Assembly: GCA_963730185.1 (NCBI GenBank)
Contig: CAVSQW010000009.1
Span: 1 to 64,000, forward strand
Source: an uncultured Gemmatimonadales bacterium
Lineage (GTDB): Bacteria; Gemmatimonadota; Gemmatimonadetes; Gemmatimonadales; GWC2-71-9
Length of the DNA: 64,000 nucleotides
Reading direction: 5' to 3'
This document shows positions 41,969-51,972 of the stretch, one piece after another. The first letter of the stretch is position 1. Each line of letters begins with the position of its first letter. Under the pieces are notes generated by a model that saw only the letters and a list, made by a program, of their open reading frames with translations, had not been told where the DNA came from and did no database searches. The position numbers were made by a program, and so were the translations under genes.

Positions 41969-43026
41969 CGAGGCGAAATCTGATCCTGGCCGCCGCCGCC
42001 TTGGCCGTGGTGGTGCTGATCGTCCTCTGGCGCCGGGGCGGCGGCCCGACCGAAGCCGAGATCGTTACCGACGTCGCGGTGCACGTGGCGCCGCTCGAGC
42101 GGGCGACCGTGCGGCGCTATGTCACGGCCTACGGATACGTGCAACCGGAGCCGGCCCACGACGGGGGGCCGGCGGCCGGCGCCGAGCTGTCGCCGTTCAC
42201 CTCGGGCGTCCTGGCCGAGATCGACGCCGTCGAGGGGCGGCGGGTCGCCGCCGGGACGGTGCTCTTCCGGCTCGACAGCCGGATGGCGAAAGTGGCGGTC
42301 GAGCGGGCCCAGCAGGAAGTGGACTTCGCCGACCAGGCCTTTCAGCGTCAGCAGGCCCTCCTCCCCGGCGACGGAACCTCGCAGCGCGTCTTTCAGGAGG
42401 CGAAGCAGCGGCTCGACGACGCCCGGAGCAACCTGGCGACCGCCCGGACCCAGCTCGCCTACCTCGAGATCACGGCGCCGGTCTCGGGCACGATCGGCCA
42501 GGTCAAGGCCCGGGTGGGACAAGCGGTCGACGCGAATACGGTCCTGGCGACCATCGTCGACCTGAACCGGCTGGTCGTGGCCGCCGACGTCCCGGCCGGC
42601 GAGGTCGAGGGACTGAAGGTCGGTAACCCGGTGCTGATCGGCGCGGACAGCGCCGCGCCCCGAGGCCGGTTGATCATCCTCGGCAAGGACGTGGACCCGT
42701 CGACCGGCACCGCCCGGGTCTACGTCTCGGTCCCGGCCAACGCGAGACTCGCGTCGGGGCAGTTCACCGATCTCCGGATCGTGGCGGCCGAACACCCCGA
42801 CGTGCTGGTCGTGCCGGACGTGGCGCTGGTGACCCAGGCCGGGACCGGCAGCTGGGTCATGGTGGCCCGGGGCGACTCCGCGACGCGAACCATGGTGACC
42901 GTCGGGATCCGGGACGGCGGCCGGGTGGAGGTTGCCGGACCGGGACTCGAGCCGGGCACCTCGATCGTCACCGACGAGGCCTACAGCCTTCCGGAGACGA
43001 CCAAGATCCACCTGGTGGAGCGGTAG
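41965..43026 (+). CDS. RND efflux periplasmic adaptor (MFP)
   Basis: N-terminal TM, lipoyl halves (EGRRV.AG..L; ITAPVSG) and VDPSTGT. Confidence 0.9.
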   Translation: MTRRNLILAAAALAVVVLIVLWRRGGGPTEAEIVTDVAVHVAPLERATVRRYVTAYGYVQPEPAHDGGPAAGAELSPFTSGVLAEIDAVEGRRVAAGTVLFRLDSRMAKVAVERAQQEVDFADQAFQRQQALLPGDGTSQRVFQEAKQRLDDARSNLATARTQLAYLEITAPVSGTIGQVKARVGQAVDANTVLATIVDLNRLVVAADVPAGEVEGLKVGNPVLIGADSAAPRGRLIILGKDVDPSTGTARVYVSVPANARLASGQFTDLRIVAAEHPDVLVVPDVALVTQAGTGSWVMVARGDSATRTMVTVGIRDGGRVEVAGPGLEPGTSIVTDEAYSLPETTKIHLVER

Positions 43027-43030
43027 ACCG

Positions 43031-46000
43031 GTGATCGGACGCTTCGCGACCCGCTCGTCGCTCTCGATCGTCTTCATCTGCGCCGCGCTTTGCCTGGCCG
43101 GCGGCTACGCGGCGTTCTCGGTCGCGTCGTCGGTCTTCCCGCAGACCGACTTTCCCCGGGTCGTGATCCTGGTCGACAATGGGGTCATGCCGGGCGACGA
43201 GATGATGGCCCGGATCACCCGCCCGATCGAAGAGGCGATGAAGGACATCCGCGGCGTCACCACGGTGAAGTCCGCCACCGGTCGCGGCTCGGCCGAGATC
43301 AACGTGTTCTTCACCTGGAACGTCGACATGATCCAGTCGGAGCTCTATGTCCTGAGCCGACTGGGCCAAATCCGGAGCACCCTGCCCGCCAGCGCGACCA
43401 CGACCGTCTATCGGCTCACCTTCGCCGCGTTTCCGATCGTCGGCGTCAGCCTCACCAGCGATACCCGGGACATCACCGAGCTCTGGGAGACGGCCCGCTA
43501 CAACCTGAAGCTCCGCTTCCTCCAGATCCCGGGCGTGGCCCGGGTGGATCTGGTGGGCGGCCGGGCCCCCGAATACCACGTCGTCGTCGACCCCCTCCGG
43601 CTCTCGGCGGCCCACCTGAGCCTGAGCGACGTGACCGCCGCGCTCGACGCCAACAACCTGGTGGCCCCGGCCGGGATGCATCAGGAGAACCACACCCTCT
43701 ACCTGACCGTGGTGGATGGACGGGTCCACTCCATCCGGGATCTCGAGGACTTCGTCGTCACTTCCGCGGGCGGCCACCCGGTCCGGATCCGCGATTTCGC
43801 CACCGTGCGGCGGGGACCGGAGCCGGTCTTCAACGTGGTCACGGCCGACGGGCACAACGCCGTCCTGCTCAACGTCCGGAGCCAGCCCGACGGCAGCACG
43901 CTGAACATCGCGAACGCGCTCCGGGCCCAGATCACCGAGCTCCGGCAAGAGCTTCCGCCGGACATGAAGCTCGCCTTCTTCTACGACCAGTCGGAGATCG
44001 TCCGGGCATCGGTCGACAGCGTCTGGGAAGCGATCCTCTTCGGGCTGGTGCTGTCGGTGCTGATCCTCTACTCGTTCCTCAAGAGCTGGAGCACCACCCT
44101 GGTCGCGACCATGGTCATCCCGGTCACGGTGCTGATCACTCTGGTCGCGATGAAGCTCACCGGACTCACCTTCAACCTGATGACGCTCGGCGGGATCGCG
44201 GCCGCCATCGGCCTGGTGATCGACGACGCCATCGTCGTGGTCGAGGCGATTCACACCCGGAGCGCCGGAGGCGGGAGCCGGGAGGAGGCGGTCGAACAGG
44301 GCATCGGCGAGATCTTCCGCCCGCTGGTCGGGTCGACCCTGACCCCAGTGGTGGTCTTCATCCCGCTGGCGTTTCTCTCGGGGATCACCGGTGTGTTTTT
44401 CCGGGCCCTGGCGCTCACCATGGTGGTGTCGCTGCTCACCTCACTGGTGTTGGCGGTGACCCTCACCCCCTCGCTCGCGGCCTGGCTCATCCGCCCCCGG
44501 CGAGGCGCCCCGGCCGGGGAGCCGACCGAGCAGGCCGGACCGATCCTGACCCGGGTGATCGACCTCTACGAGCGCGCGGTCCGCCCCGCGCTCCGGCACC
44601 CGTGGCGCATCATGGGCGCCTCGGCGCTCATTCTCGTCGCCGGCGTCGTGGTCTATCGCCAGCTCGACAGCGAGTTCCTTCCGCCCATGGACGAGGGCGG
44701 GTTCGTGATCGACTACTTCACCCCGCCCGGCACCAGCTTGGAGGAAACCAACCGCCAGCTGCTCGGGGCGGAGCGGATCCTCCGGTCGGTCCCGGAGGTG
44801 GAGAGCTACTCCCGCCGGACCGGCGCGCGGCTGGCCCTCGCGATCGCCGAACCCAACACCGGCGACTTCCTGGTCAAGCTCAGGTCCGACCGGAAGCGGT
44901 CCACCGACGAGGTCATTTCCGAGCTCCGGCACCGGTTCAACACCGAGCTTCCCGGCGCCAACTGGGAGTTTCCCGGAATCCTCGGCGACCTGATCGGCGA
45001 CCTCATGTGGGCCCCCCAACCGATCGAGATCAAGCTCTACTCCACCGATCAGACCTGGCTGGAGCGGAAGGCGCCGGAAGTGGCGGCCCGGCTGGAAAAG
45101 ATGCCCGGAGTCGTCGACGTCTTCGACGGACTGGTCTACACCGGCCCCGACATCAGCCTCCGGACCCGCCCGCTCGACGCCCGCCGCTTCGGCCTCACCG
45201 CCGACGACATCGCCAACGCGGCGAATACGGCGATGCTGGGCCAGACCGCGTCGTCGGTGTTGGAGGGGGATCGGATCGTCGACGTCCGGGTCAAGGTCGA
45301 CACCACCCGGCTCACCCGGCTCGCCGACATCGAGAACCTGCCGATCCGCACCGCGCAGGGGACGCTGGTCAAGCTCTCCCAGGTGGTGGACGTACTGGAG
45401 GAGCCCGGTCAGCTCGAACGGCGGCGCGAGGATGGGCGGCAGGACGTGGCGGTCACCGCGCGGCTCGAGGGCCGGGACATGGGCAGCGCCATGCAGGAGA
45501 TCCGTCAGGTGCTGGGCGCCGACCAGTCCATCCCACCCGGCACCATCGAGTACGGGGGTCTCTATCAGCAGCAGCAGGAGTCGTTTCGGAACCTGGTCGT
45601 CGTCCTGATGATGGCGATCACCTTGGTCTTCACCGTGCTGCTGCTCGAATTCGGTTCCTTCGCCGAGCCCCTGGCGATCGTCTTCGGGGCGGTCCTGGCC
45701 CTCTTCGGGACGGTGCTGGCGCTCTGGCTCACCGGCACGTCCTTCAACGTGGTCTCGTTTCTCGGCGCCATCATCGGGGTCGGCATCGTCGCCAAGAACG
45801 GGATCCTGATGCTCGATTTCGTGAAGCACCTTCGGGCCGACGGGCTCGACCTGGCCGAGGCGCTGGTCCGGTCGGGCCGGCGGCGTCTCCGGCCGGTGCT
45901 GATGACCTCCTTCGCGGCCGCGCTCGGGATGCTGCCGCTGGCGTGGGGCATCGGCTCGGGCGCGGACATGCTCCGGCCCCTGGCCATCGCGGTGATCGGC

Positions 46001-46084
46001 GCCCTGGCGATCTCGGTGCTCTTGTCGCTGGTGGCGACGCCGGCCCTCTACTACCTCCTGGTCCGGCGGCGCGCGGTAGCCTAA
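43031..46084 (+). CDS. RND efflux permease (CusA/CzcA/AcrB-like)
   Basis: NLMTLGGIAAAIGLVIDDAIVVVE, GIVAKNGIL and RRLRPVLMT. Confidence 0.92.
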   Translation: MIGRFATRSSLSIVFICAALCLAGGYAAFSVASSVFPQTDFPRVVILVDNGVMPGDEMMARITRPIEEAMKDIRGVTTVKSATGRGSAEINVFFTWNVDMIQSELYVLSRLGQIRSTLPASATTTVYRLTFAAFPIVGVSLTSDTRDITELWETARYNLKLRFLQIPGVARVDLVGGRAPEYHVVVDPLRLSAAHLSLSDVTAALDANNLVAPAGMHQENHTLYLTVVDGRVHSIRDLEDFVVTSAGGHPVRIRDFATVRRGPEPVFNVVTADGHNAVLLNVRSQPDGSTLNIANALRAQITELRQELPPDMKLAFFYDQSEIVRASVDSVWEAILFGLVLSVLILYSFLKSWSTTLVATMVIPVTVLITLVAMKLTGLTFNLMTLGGIAAAIGLVIDDAIVVVEAIHTRSAGGGSREEAVEQGIGEIFRPLVGSTLTPVVVFIPLAFLSGITGVFFRALALTMVVSLLTSLVLAVTLTPSLAAWLIRPRRGAPAGEPTEQAGPILTRVIDLYERAVRPALRHPWRIMGASALILVAGVVVYRQLDSEFLPPMDEGGFVIDYFTPPGTSLEETNRQLLGAERILRSVPEVESYSRRTGARLALAIAEPNTGDFLVKLRSDRKRSTDEVISELRHRFNTELPGANWEFPGILGDLIGDLMWAPQPIEIKLYSTDQTWLERKAPEVAARLEKMPGVVDVFDGLVYTGPDISLRTRPLDARRFGLTADDIANAANTAMLGQTASSVLEGDRIVDVRVKVDTTRLTRLADIENLPIRTAQGTLVKLSQVVDVLEEPGQLERRREDGRQDVAVTARLEGRDMGSAMQEIRQVLGADQSIPPGTIEYGGLYQQQQESFRNLVVVLMMAITLVFTVLLLEFGSFAEPLAIVFGAVLALFGTVLALWLTGTSFNVVSFLGAIIGVGIVAKNGILMLDFVKHLRADGLDLAEALVRSGRRRLRPVLMTSFAAALGMLPLAWGIGSGADMLRPLAIAVIGALAISVLLSLVATPALYYLLVRRRAVA

Positions 46085-46175
46085 GGGCCGAGAGCCTCGC
46101 CGTGACCCCGCTCGACTAGGCCGAACGAGTTCGCCAAGCGGATCGGGAGGATCGATCGGCGGGGGCGGCCCCTCG

Positions 46176-46952
46176 TCAGGCCCGGGCCGGCCGACGATCG
46201 ATCCAGACCAGCCCCACCCCCAGCACCACTTTGAGCAGCGCGTCGCCCATGGCCGGCCCGAACAGATCGGTGGGAATCACCAGCCCCATGGCGGCGGTCG
46301 CGTTGGTCATGGCGTGCATCATCAGACAGAGAAGGACGCTCCCCGTTCGGGCGTAGAGCCACGCCAGCAGGAAGGCCTGCCCGACCACGCCGACCGCGAA
46401 GACCGCGAAGCTGGTCCCGTACTGGCCCACTCCGGGAATCGAGAACAGCGGCAGGTGCCACGCCGCCCAGACCAGGCCAACCAGCAATGCCGCCCGGGCC
46501 CGGCTCATCCGCCGCTCCAGCTCGGGCTGGGCGACCCCCCGCCAACCCAGCTCCTCCAGGCCACCCCCGATGATCATCGTCAGGAAGAGCGGCACCAGCT
46601 GGCCCCACGGCTTGAACGCGACCCGGTCCGCGAAGCTGGGCTCCACGGCCATGGTGGCCCGGACCGACACGAAGCCAATCGCGAAGGGGAGACCGAGGGC
46701 GACCAGGTACCAGACCGGGTTCACCCGCCACCGGAAGAGCCGCCGGTGGTACTCCGAGAGCGGTGCCTCGGCCCGGGTCGCGATCACCGCCACGTAGGCC
46801 GCGATGGTCGGCCCGAACCCGCCCAAGAGATAGAATGTCATGAAGAGGGGCTGGCCGTAGCTCATCGCGCCCCGGCCGGTGAGCCAGGCGAGCGACCACC
46901 AGCACCCCCAGGTGATCACGAACGTCGTCAGGAAGAAGATCCGAACTCGCAC
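46176..46952 (-). CDS. CPBP (CAAX/Abi) family intramembrane protease
   Basis: EELGWRG, WAAWHLPLF and HAMTN. Confidence 0.9.
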   Translation of the reverse strand: MRVRIFFLTTFVITWGCWWSLAWLTGRGAMSYGQPLFMTFYLLGGFGPTIAAYVAVIATRAEAPLSEYHRRLFRWRVNPVWYLVALGLPFAIGFVSVRATMAVEPSFADRVAFKPWGQLVPLFLTMIIGGGLEELGWRGVAQPELERRMSRARAALLVGLVWAAWHLPLFSIPGVGQYGTSFAVFAVGVVGQAFLLAWLYARTGSVLLCLMMHAMTNATAAMGLVIPTDLFGPAMGDALLKVVLGVGLVWIDRRPARA

Positions 46953-46990
46953 GGTGTCCCCCTCGGCCGCCCGATGCGGCGCTCAGGCGT

Positions 46991-48415
46991 TCAACGGATC
47001 CCGACTTGGCCTTTGGCCGCCGCGATCAGCGCCGGCGAATCGAACCCCCAACCATCCTTCAGAACCAGCTCCACCTTCCGGATGTCCCCGATCCGGACGG
47101 CCGGGTTCCCGTCGATCACGACGAGGTCGGCGGCCTTCCCGGCCTCGACGGTACCGGTCCGGTCCAGGATGCCCAGGGCCCGCGCGCCGTTGGCGGTCGC
47201 GATCCGGATCGCCTCCACCACCGAGAAGCCGCCTTCCACCAGCAGCTCGAGGTTCCGCTGATCGCCGAATCCGAACAAGGCCCCGCCGCTCCCGGTGGGA
47301 TCGACCCCGGCGGCGAGGTTCCCGCCCGCCTTCACGAAGGCCTGCTCGTACCGGCGCCCGGTGTCGAACAGCGACGGCGGCAGGCCGGACTCCGGCTTCG
47401 CCGCCAGGGCAGCCCGCGCGGCCAGGTACTCTTCCCGCGCCTCGGGGGAGAGCGCGTCGAGCACCCGCTGATCCAGCGGGGGCCGATCGGGAAGGTAGAG
47501 CTCGATCACCGCGAGGGTGGAGGTCAGGGTGACGCCGTGCGAGATCAGGTCCCGGAAGGTCGCCTGGACCGGCTCGCTCGTCAGGTCGAGTCCCCTCAGG
47601 CTCGAGATGAGATTCGGCGAGCAGCGATCCGGCGTCCGGGTCCGATCGTAGTCGGCATTCGCGAAGAGGCCGTGCTCCAGGCCGTCGATCCCGAGCGCCA
47701 CCGCCTCCCGGTACGACACCGAGCAGAGATGCCCGGTGAACTTGAGGCCCCGGCGGTGGCCTTCGTCGATGGCCGCCTTCATCGCCGCCCGGCTGATGGT
47801 CGTGTAGAACTTGATCCACTGCACCCCTTCGTCCGCCCAATACGCCACCACCCGACGGGCCTCGTCCTCGCTCGTGATCTCCACCATCGTGCTGCCCCGG
47901 CCGGACCCGGGCCCGGTCAGGTACGGGCCGGTGATGAACATGTGCGGACCGGGAAAGGCGCCAGCATCGATCGACCGCTTGAGGTTGATCTCGGCATAGG
48001 GGCTGTTGGCCCCGGTGGTCCGGATCGTGGTCACGCCGGCGGCGAGATAGAGGAGCGGCGACGTGTAGCTCGACTGGACCACCCGCCCGGCCGTGGTGTA
48101 GAAAGAATGGTCGTGGAGCCCAACCAGGCCCGGGATCACCGTCTTGCCAGTCAGGTCCAGCACCGTGGCGCCGCCCGGGATCCTGGCCGCCCCGGCCGAT
48201 CCCACCCAGGCGATCGATCCGTCGGACACCACCACGGTCTGATCCTCCCGGGGCGGAGCCCCGGTCCCGTCGATCACCCGGACGTGGGTCAGCGCCACGA
48301 CCGGCGCGCCGACCCGGACGTACTTCATCGTCTCGGGCGACAGGGTCGGCCGCTGGGCCCGGATCGGCGAGACGATGGCGGCGACGAGGCCCGCCAGGGC
48401 GAGAGAAGTACGCAT
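46991..48415 (-). CDS. secreted amidohydrolase family protein
   Basis: VIPGLVGLHDH, GVTTIRT, GHL, GLEHG, AGVDP and GKAADLVVIDGNP. Confidence 0.9.
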   Translation of the reverse strand: MRTSLALAGLVAAIVSPIRAQRPTLSPETMKYVRVGAPVVALTHVRVIDGTGAPPREDQTVVVSDGSIAWVGSAGAARIPGGATVLDLTGKTVIPGLVGLHDHSFYTTAGRVVQSSYTSPLLYLAAGVTTIRTTGANSPYAEINLKRSIDAGAFPGPHMFITGPYLTGPGSGRGSTMVEITSEDEARRVVAYWADEGVQWIKFYTTISRAAMKAAIDEGHRRGLKFTGHLCSVSYREAVALGIDGLEHGLFANADYDRTRTPDRCSPNLISSLRGLDLTSEPVQATFRDLISHGVTLTSTLAVIELYLPDRPPLDQRVLDALSPEAREEYLAARAALAAKPESGLPPSLFDTGRRYEQAFVKAGGNLAAGVDPTGSGGALFGFGDQRNLELLVEGGFSVVEAIRIATANGARALGILDRTGTVEAGKAADLVVIDGNPAVRIGDIRKVELVLKDGWGFDSPALIAAAKGQVGIR

Positions 48416-48441
48416 CGAAATAAAGTATCAACTGTTTCTTA

Positions 48442-49077
48442 TTATCGCAATCGACCGCCGGTCGTCCGCCGCGTCGACGGTCGGGTGGGCCGGAACAGCT
48501 TGGCGAGATGGATTCGGATCAACCGCCGCTGCCGGGTGGGCGCGTATCGGTTCGGTTGGGCGACGTGACTTACGCCCAGTCCATCGGTCAGGGCCATGAG
48601 GATGTCGGTCTCGGCGACCAGGTCGAGGCCGTCCCTGAGCTCGCCGGCCGCGGCGAGGGCCTCGAGCTCCTGGAGCACCCGGCCTCGGATCTCGCTCAGG
48701 CGGCTCTGCATCGACCGGCGGAGCCGCTCGTTCTGGGCGGCGGCTTCGAGGTAGGCCAGCCAGATCCGCCAGCCGACCTCGCTCGACTCCTCGAGGGGCA
48801 CCATGGTGTCGAGCAGGGCCACCAGCCGGCGCCGCCCCCGCTTCGGAGCCACGTGCTCGTCGATCGAGGCGATCAGCCGTTCGGCGAAGCGGGTCCCGCC
48901 GAAGAGGATCAGGTCTTCCTTGTCGCGGAAATAGTACGTCACTACCCGGAGCGTCGCCCCGAGCTCGGCGGCTACCGCGCGGAGCGTGGCACCTTGGAGG
49001 CCGTCCCGCCGGATCACCCGCCACGCCGCCCGGGCGACCGCATCACGACTGAAGGTTCGTCCCGCGACTCGGGCCAC
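48442..49077 (-). CDS. TetR family regulator (BetI-like C-terminus)
   Basis: AAWRVIRRDGLQGATLRAVAAELG.....VTYYFRDKEDL. Confidence 0.85.
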   Translation of the reverse strand: MARVAGRTFSRDAVARAAWRVIRRDGLQGATLRAVAAELGATLRVVTYYFRDKEDLILFGGTRFAERLIASIDEHVAPKRGRRRLVALLDTMVPLEESSEVGWRIWLAYLEAAAQNERLRRSMQSRLSEIRGRVLQELEALAAAGELRDGLDLVAETDILMALTDGLGVSHVAQPNRYAPTRQRRLIRIHLAKLFRPTRPSTRRTTGGRLR

Positions 49078-49134
49078 CGGCGTGCTCCAGCAGGAGGATG
49101 CGCCCCAATCTACCAGGGATGGGCGAGGGTCCCG

Positions 49135-49172
49135 AAAAAACCACGACCCCGGTCGTCGGGCGACCAGGGTCG
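49135..49172 (-). terminator. intrinsic terminator downstream of tRNA-Phe
   Basis: Minus strand CGACCCTGGTCG-CCCGA-CGACCGGGGTCG followed by TGGTTTTTT. Confidence 0.75.
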
Positions 49173-49222
49173 ATGCTGCCAATGGGCCTAAGCTGTTTCA
49201 GATCAACGGTCTGTACGACAAG

Positions 49223-49295
<73 letters not shown>

Positions 49296-49401
49296 TCGGG
49301 GGCGGGGAATATATAGAATATCCCCGCTCCTCTGCCAGATCGTCGTACAGGATCGACCGGCCTGCTCCGCCCGGTGACGTTGCCCCCCGAGGGGGAGTCT
49401 C

Positions 49402-50820
49402 TTGAGACACCTACGTCCCGGGAGTGGCGGTCTGCGCCTCCGTATCCCCGTCGTCCAGGTCCTGCTCCTCGCCGCCGGCGCCCTCTTGGCCGGCTGCCAG
49501 GGCCGCGAGCCGACTGCCCCACCACCGCCACCCGGCCCACCGCACCTGAGCGCCGCCGGCGGGGACTTCCAGATCGGCGAGCCGGGTGAGCTCCTGACCG
49601 ACGCGCTGGTGGTCCAAGCCATGGACCCCAAGGGCCGCCCGGTTCCCGGAGTGCCGGTTCGCTGGCAGGCGGAGCTCAACGGCACCCTCGAGTCGGCCGA
49701 CGCAACCACCCGGGCCGACGGCCGGGCCGAGGCTCGGTTCCGCCTCGGCACCACCACCGGGAACGCCGCGGCCTCGGCGGCGATCGAGAGCGCGACCCAG
49801 ACCGCCGCGGCGACCTTCACGTTGGCGGCCGTCCCCACCTCCGCCTCCCTCGAGCCGGGCGAGCGGCTCGGCCTCCATTTCGCCACCTTCGAGGGCTCGG
49901 GTCAGGTGGTCCATCCCGACTACGCCGCGACCCCGGGCTGGCACGTACCCCGCCACCTGGCCATCACCCCCTACCCCAACGGCAGCTCGGCCCGCGAGCT
50001 GCCGTCGCTCTTCGGCAGCTGGAGCGCGGTCGACTGGATCGTCCCGCCCGGCGCGCCCAACCCGGTCATACCAGCCCCCGACGACGGGTATCTCTCGGAC
50101 CCCGATCTGGTCTTCGTGCCGGAGGCCCACGAGCTCTGGCTCTACTACCGGGCCGTGACCATCCGGAACCTGATCTACCTGGTCCGCACCAGCGACGGAG
50201 GCCGGCACTGGACCGAGCCCGAGCTGGTGGTGACCACCCCCAACCACGAGATCATCTCACCGGCCGTGGTCCGGCGGGCGAGCGGCGACTGGTGGATGTG
50301 GTCGGTGAACGGCGGGCCGATCGGCTGCAACGCGAAGACCACCGGTGTGGAGCTCCGCCGCTCGATGGACGGCCACCACTGGGGCCCGCCGGAGCCGCTG
50401 GCGCTGGGCGACCAGACCCTCTGGCCCTGGCACCTCGACGTCCAGTGGATCCCGAGCCGAGAGGAGTTCTGGGCCCTCTACAACGCCAAAATCGCCGGCA
50501 ACTGCGCCACCCCGGCGCTGCTGCTGGCAACCAGTCGCGACGGCCGGATCTGGACCACCGCCGCCCGCCCGGTGATGCTGAAGGGAGACCTCGAGGCTTT
50601 CCGGGACATCGTCTACCGGTCCACGTTCGACTACCGCCCGGCCAGCGACGACGTGATCCTCTGGTACTCGGGGGCCACCTTCATCGGCGGGAGCTGGACC
50701 TGGAGCGCGGTGGTGGAACGGCGGGCGCGGAGCGATCTCTTCGCTCCCCTGACGGCCGGGCCGCTGGCGGCTCGGATCGCCGCGCTCCCACCGTCACCGC
50801 CGCTGGTCGACTGGCCCTGA
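49402..50820 (+). CDS. lipoprotein with Ig-like domain and beta-propeller glycoside-hydrolase-like domain
   Basis: Lipobox LAGC; Ig-like GDFQ.G..G..L...LVV...D..GRPVPGV.V.W; YLSDPDLVF and Asp-box-like TSDGG.HW, SMDG.HW and SRDG..W. Confidence 0.6.
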   Translation: MRHLRPGSGGLRLRIPVVQVLLLAAGALLAGCQGREPTAPPPPPGPPHLSAAGGDFQIGEPGELLTDALVVQAMDPKGRPVPGVPVRWQAELNGTLESADATTRADGRAEARFRLGTTTGNAAASAAIESATQTAAATFTLAAVPTSASLEPGERLGLHFATFEGSGQVVHPDYAATPGWHVPRHLAITPYPNGSSARELPSLFGSWSAVDWIVPPGAPNPVIPAPDDGYLSDPDLVFVPEAHELWLYYRAVTIRNLIYLVRTSDGGRHWTEPELVVTTPNHEIISPAVVRRASGDWWMWSVNGGPIGCNAKTTGVELRRSMDGHHWGPPEPLALGDQTLWPWHLDVQWIPSREEFWALYNAKIAGNCATPALLLATSRDGRIWTTAARPVMLKGDLEAFRDIVYRSTFDYRPASDDVILWYSGATFIGGSWTWSAVVERRARSDLFAPLTAGPLAARIAALPPSPPLVDWP

Positions 50821-50832
50821 GCCAGTCCCGCG

Positions 50833-51972
50833 TTACTGCGCCAGCCGAGCCAGAACCAGCGCCACAGGGTCGTCCGGCCCCGCCGGGGCGGCGCAGGCGC
50901 TCTGACGGGTCTGCCAGATGTGTTCGGCCAGATCCAGGTTGGCTTCGTACGCCCGCCGCTGCCGGGCCGGGCGCACGGTCCTGGCCAGGAACGCCTTGGC
51001 GCTGTCGATCGTGGCCCGGGCCGCCGAGCCGGCCGCCGGCCGGGCGCACCGCTCCAGCTCCTGGCTCGCCAGCTCCAACAGGGTCCGGCTCCGGCGGTGC
51101 TGCTCAGCCGTGGCTAACCCGCGCTGGGTTGGATCGAGCGACAGGACCTCGTCCACCAGAGCCAGCCGCTCCGTGATGGTCGAGTCATCCGGCGCCAGCC
51201 GGGCCGCGGTGAGGAGCGAGGTCCGCGCGGTCCGGTAGTTGCCCCGGGCGAACGCCGCCTCGCCGAGACCGGCGTGGGCGTCGGCGTCGTCCGGGTTGTG
51301 GCGCAGGATGTCCTGGAAGATCGACGTGGCCCGGGTGGGCGACCCGGCCAGCACGAAGAGGTGGCCCAGCCGCTCCCGGAGCGGGAGCGAGTCGGGCGCC
51401 TCGTCGAGCAGGGGCAGGAGCTCTGCCAACAGGTCCTGGCGGGAGTTCTGCCGGACCAGGAGGTCGATCAGCTCGAACCGGGTCCGGACCCGACTCTCGG
51501 CGGCGTCGTTCTCCCATTGGCCGTAGATGGCCCGGTGATAGTACGAGGTGGCCTCCGCGAACCGGCGCTCGTTGACCAGGGTGCGCGCCATGGCCAGGTT
51601 GGCCGGCCCCCAGGTGGCGTTCCGTTGCAGCACCTCGGCGAGCTGGGCCTCGGCGTCCGAGTACTTGCCGGCGTCGACCAGGGCGTCGGCCAACGCCAGC
51701 TGATAGTCGCGGTTGCCTCGGGCCGCGATCGACGCCGAGCGAAACCGGTCGATCGCCTCGCGGTAGTCGCCCGCCGCGGCCAGCCGCGTTCCTTCCTGGT
51801 AGAGGTTGGCGGCTTCGGAGCGGGATTCCCGCTGATCGATCCCCGCCAGGAAGGTGTCGAACGAAAACAGCAGGGCGATACCGACGAAGATCAGGACGAA
51901 CGTCGTCCAGAAAGCCTGCGGGGTCGGGGGCGCCTCCGGTCGCCGGCCGGGGCGGGCGGCGCCGTCAGCCAC
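50833..51972 (-). CDS. membrane-anchored TPR protein
   Basis: N-terminal TM and repeated TPR-like helices (PDDADAHAGLGEAAFARGNY). Confidence 0.8.
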   Translation of the reverse strand: MADGAARPGRRPEAPPTPQAFWTTFVLIFVGIALLFSFDTFLAGIDQRESRSEAANLYQEGTRLAAAGDYREAIDRFRSASIAARGNRDYQLALADALVDAGKYSDAEAQLAEVLQRNATWGPANLAMARTLVNERRFAEATSYYHRAIYGQWENDAAESRVRTRFELIDLLVRQNSRQDLLAELLPLLDEAPDSLPLRERLGHLFVLAGSPTRATSIFQDILRHNPDDADAHAGLGEAAFARGNYRTARTSLLTAARLAPDDSTITERLALVDEVLSLDPTQRGLATAEQHRRSRTLLELASQELERCARPAAGSAARATIDSAKAFLARTVRPARQRRAYEANLDLAEHIWQTRQSACAAPAGPDDPVALVLARLAQ

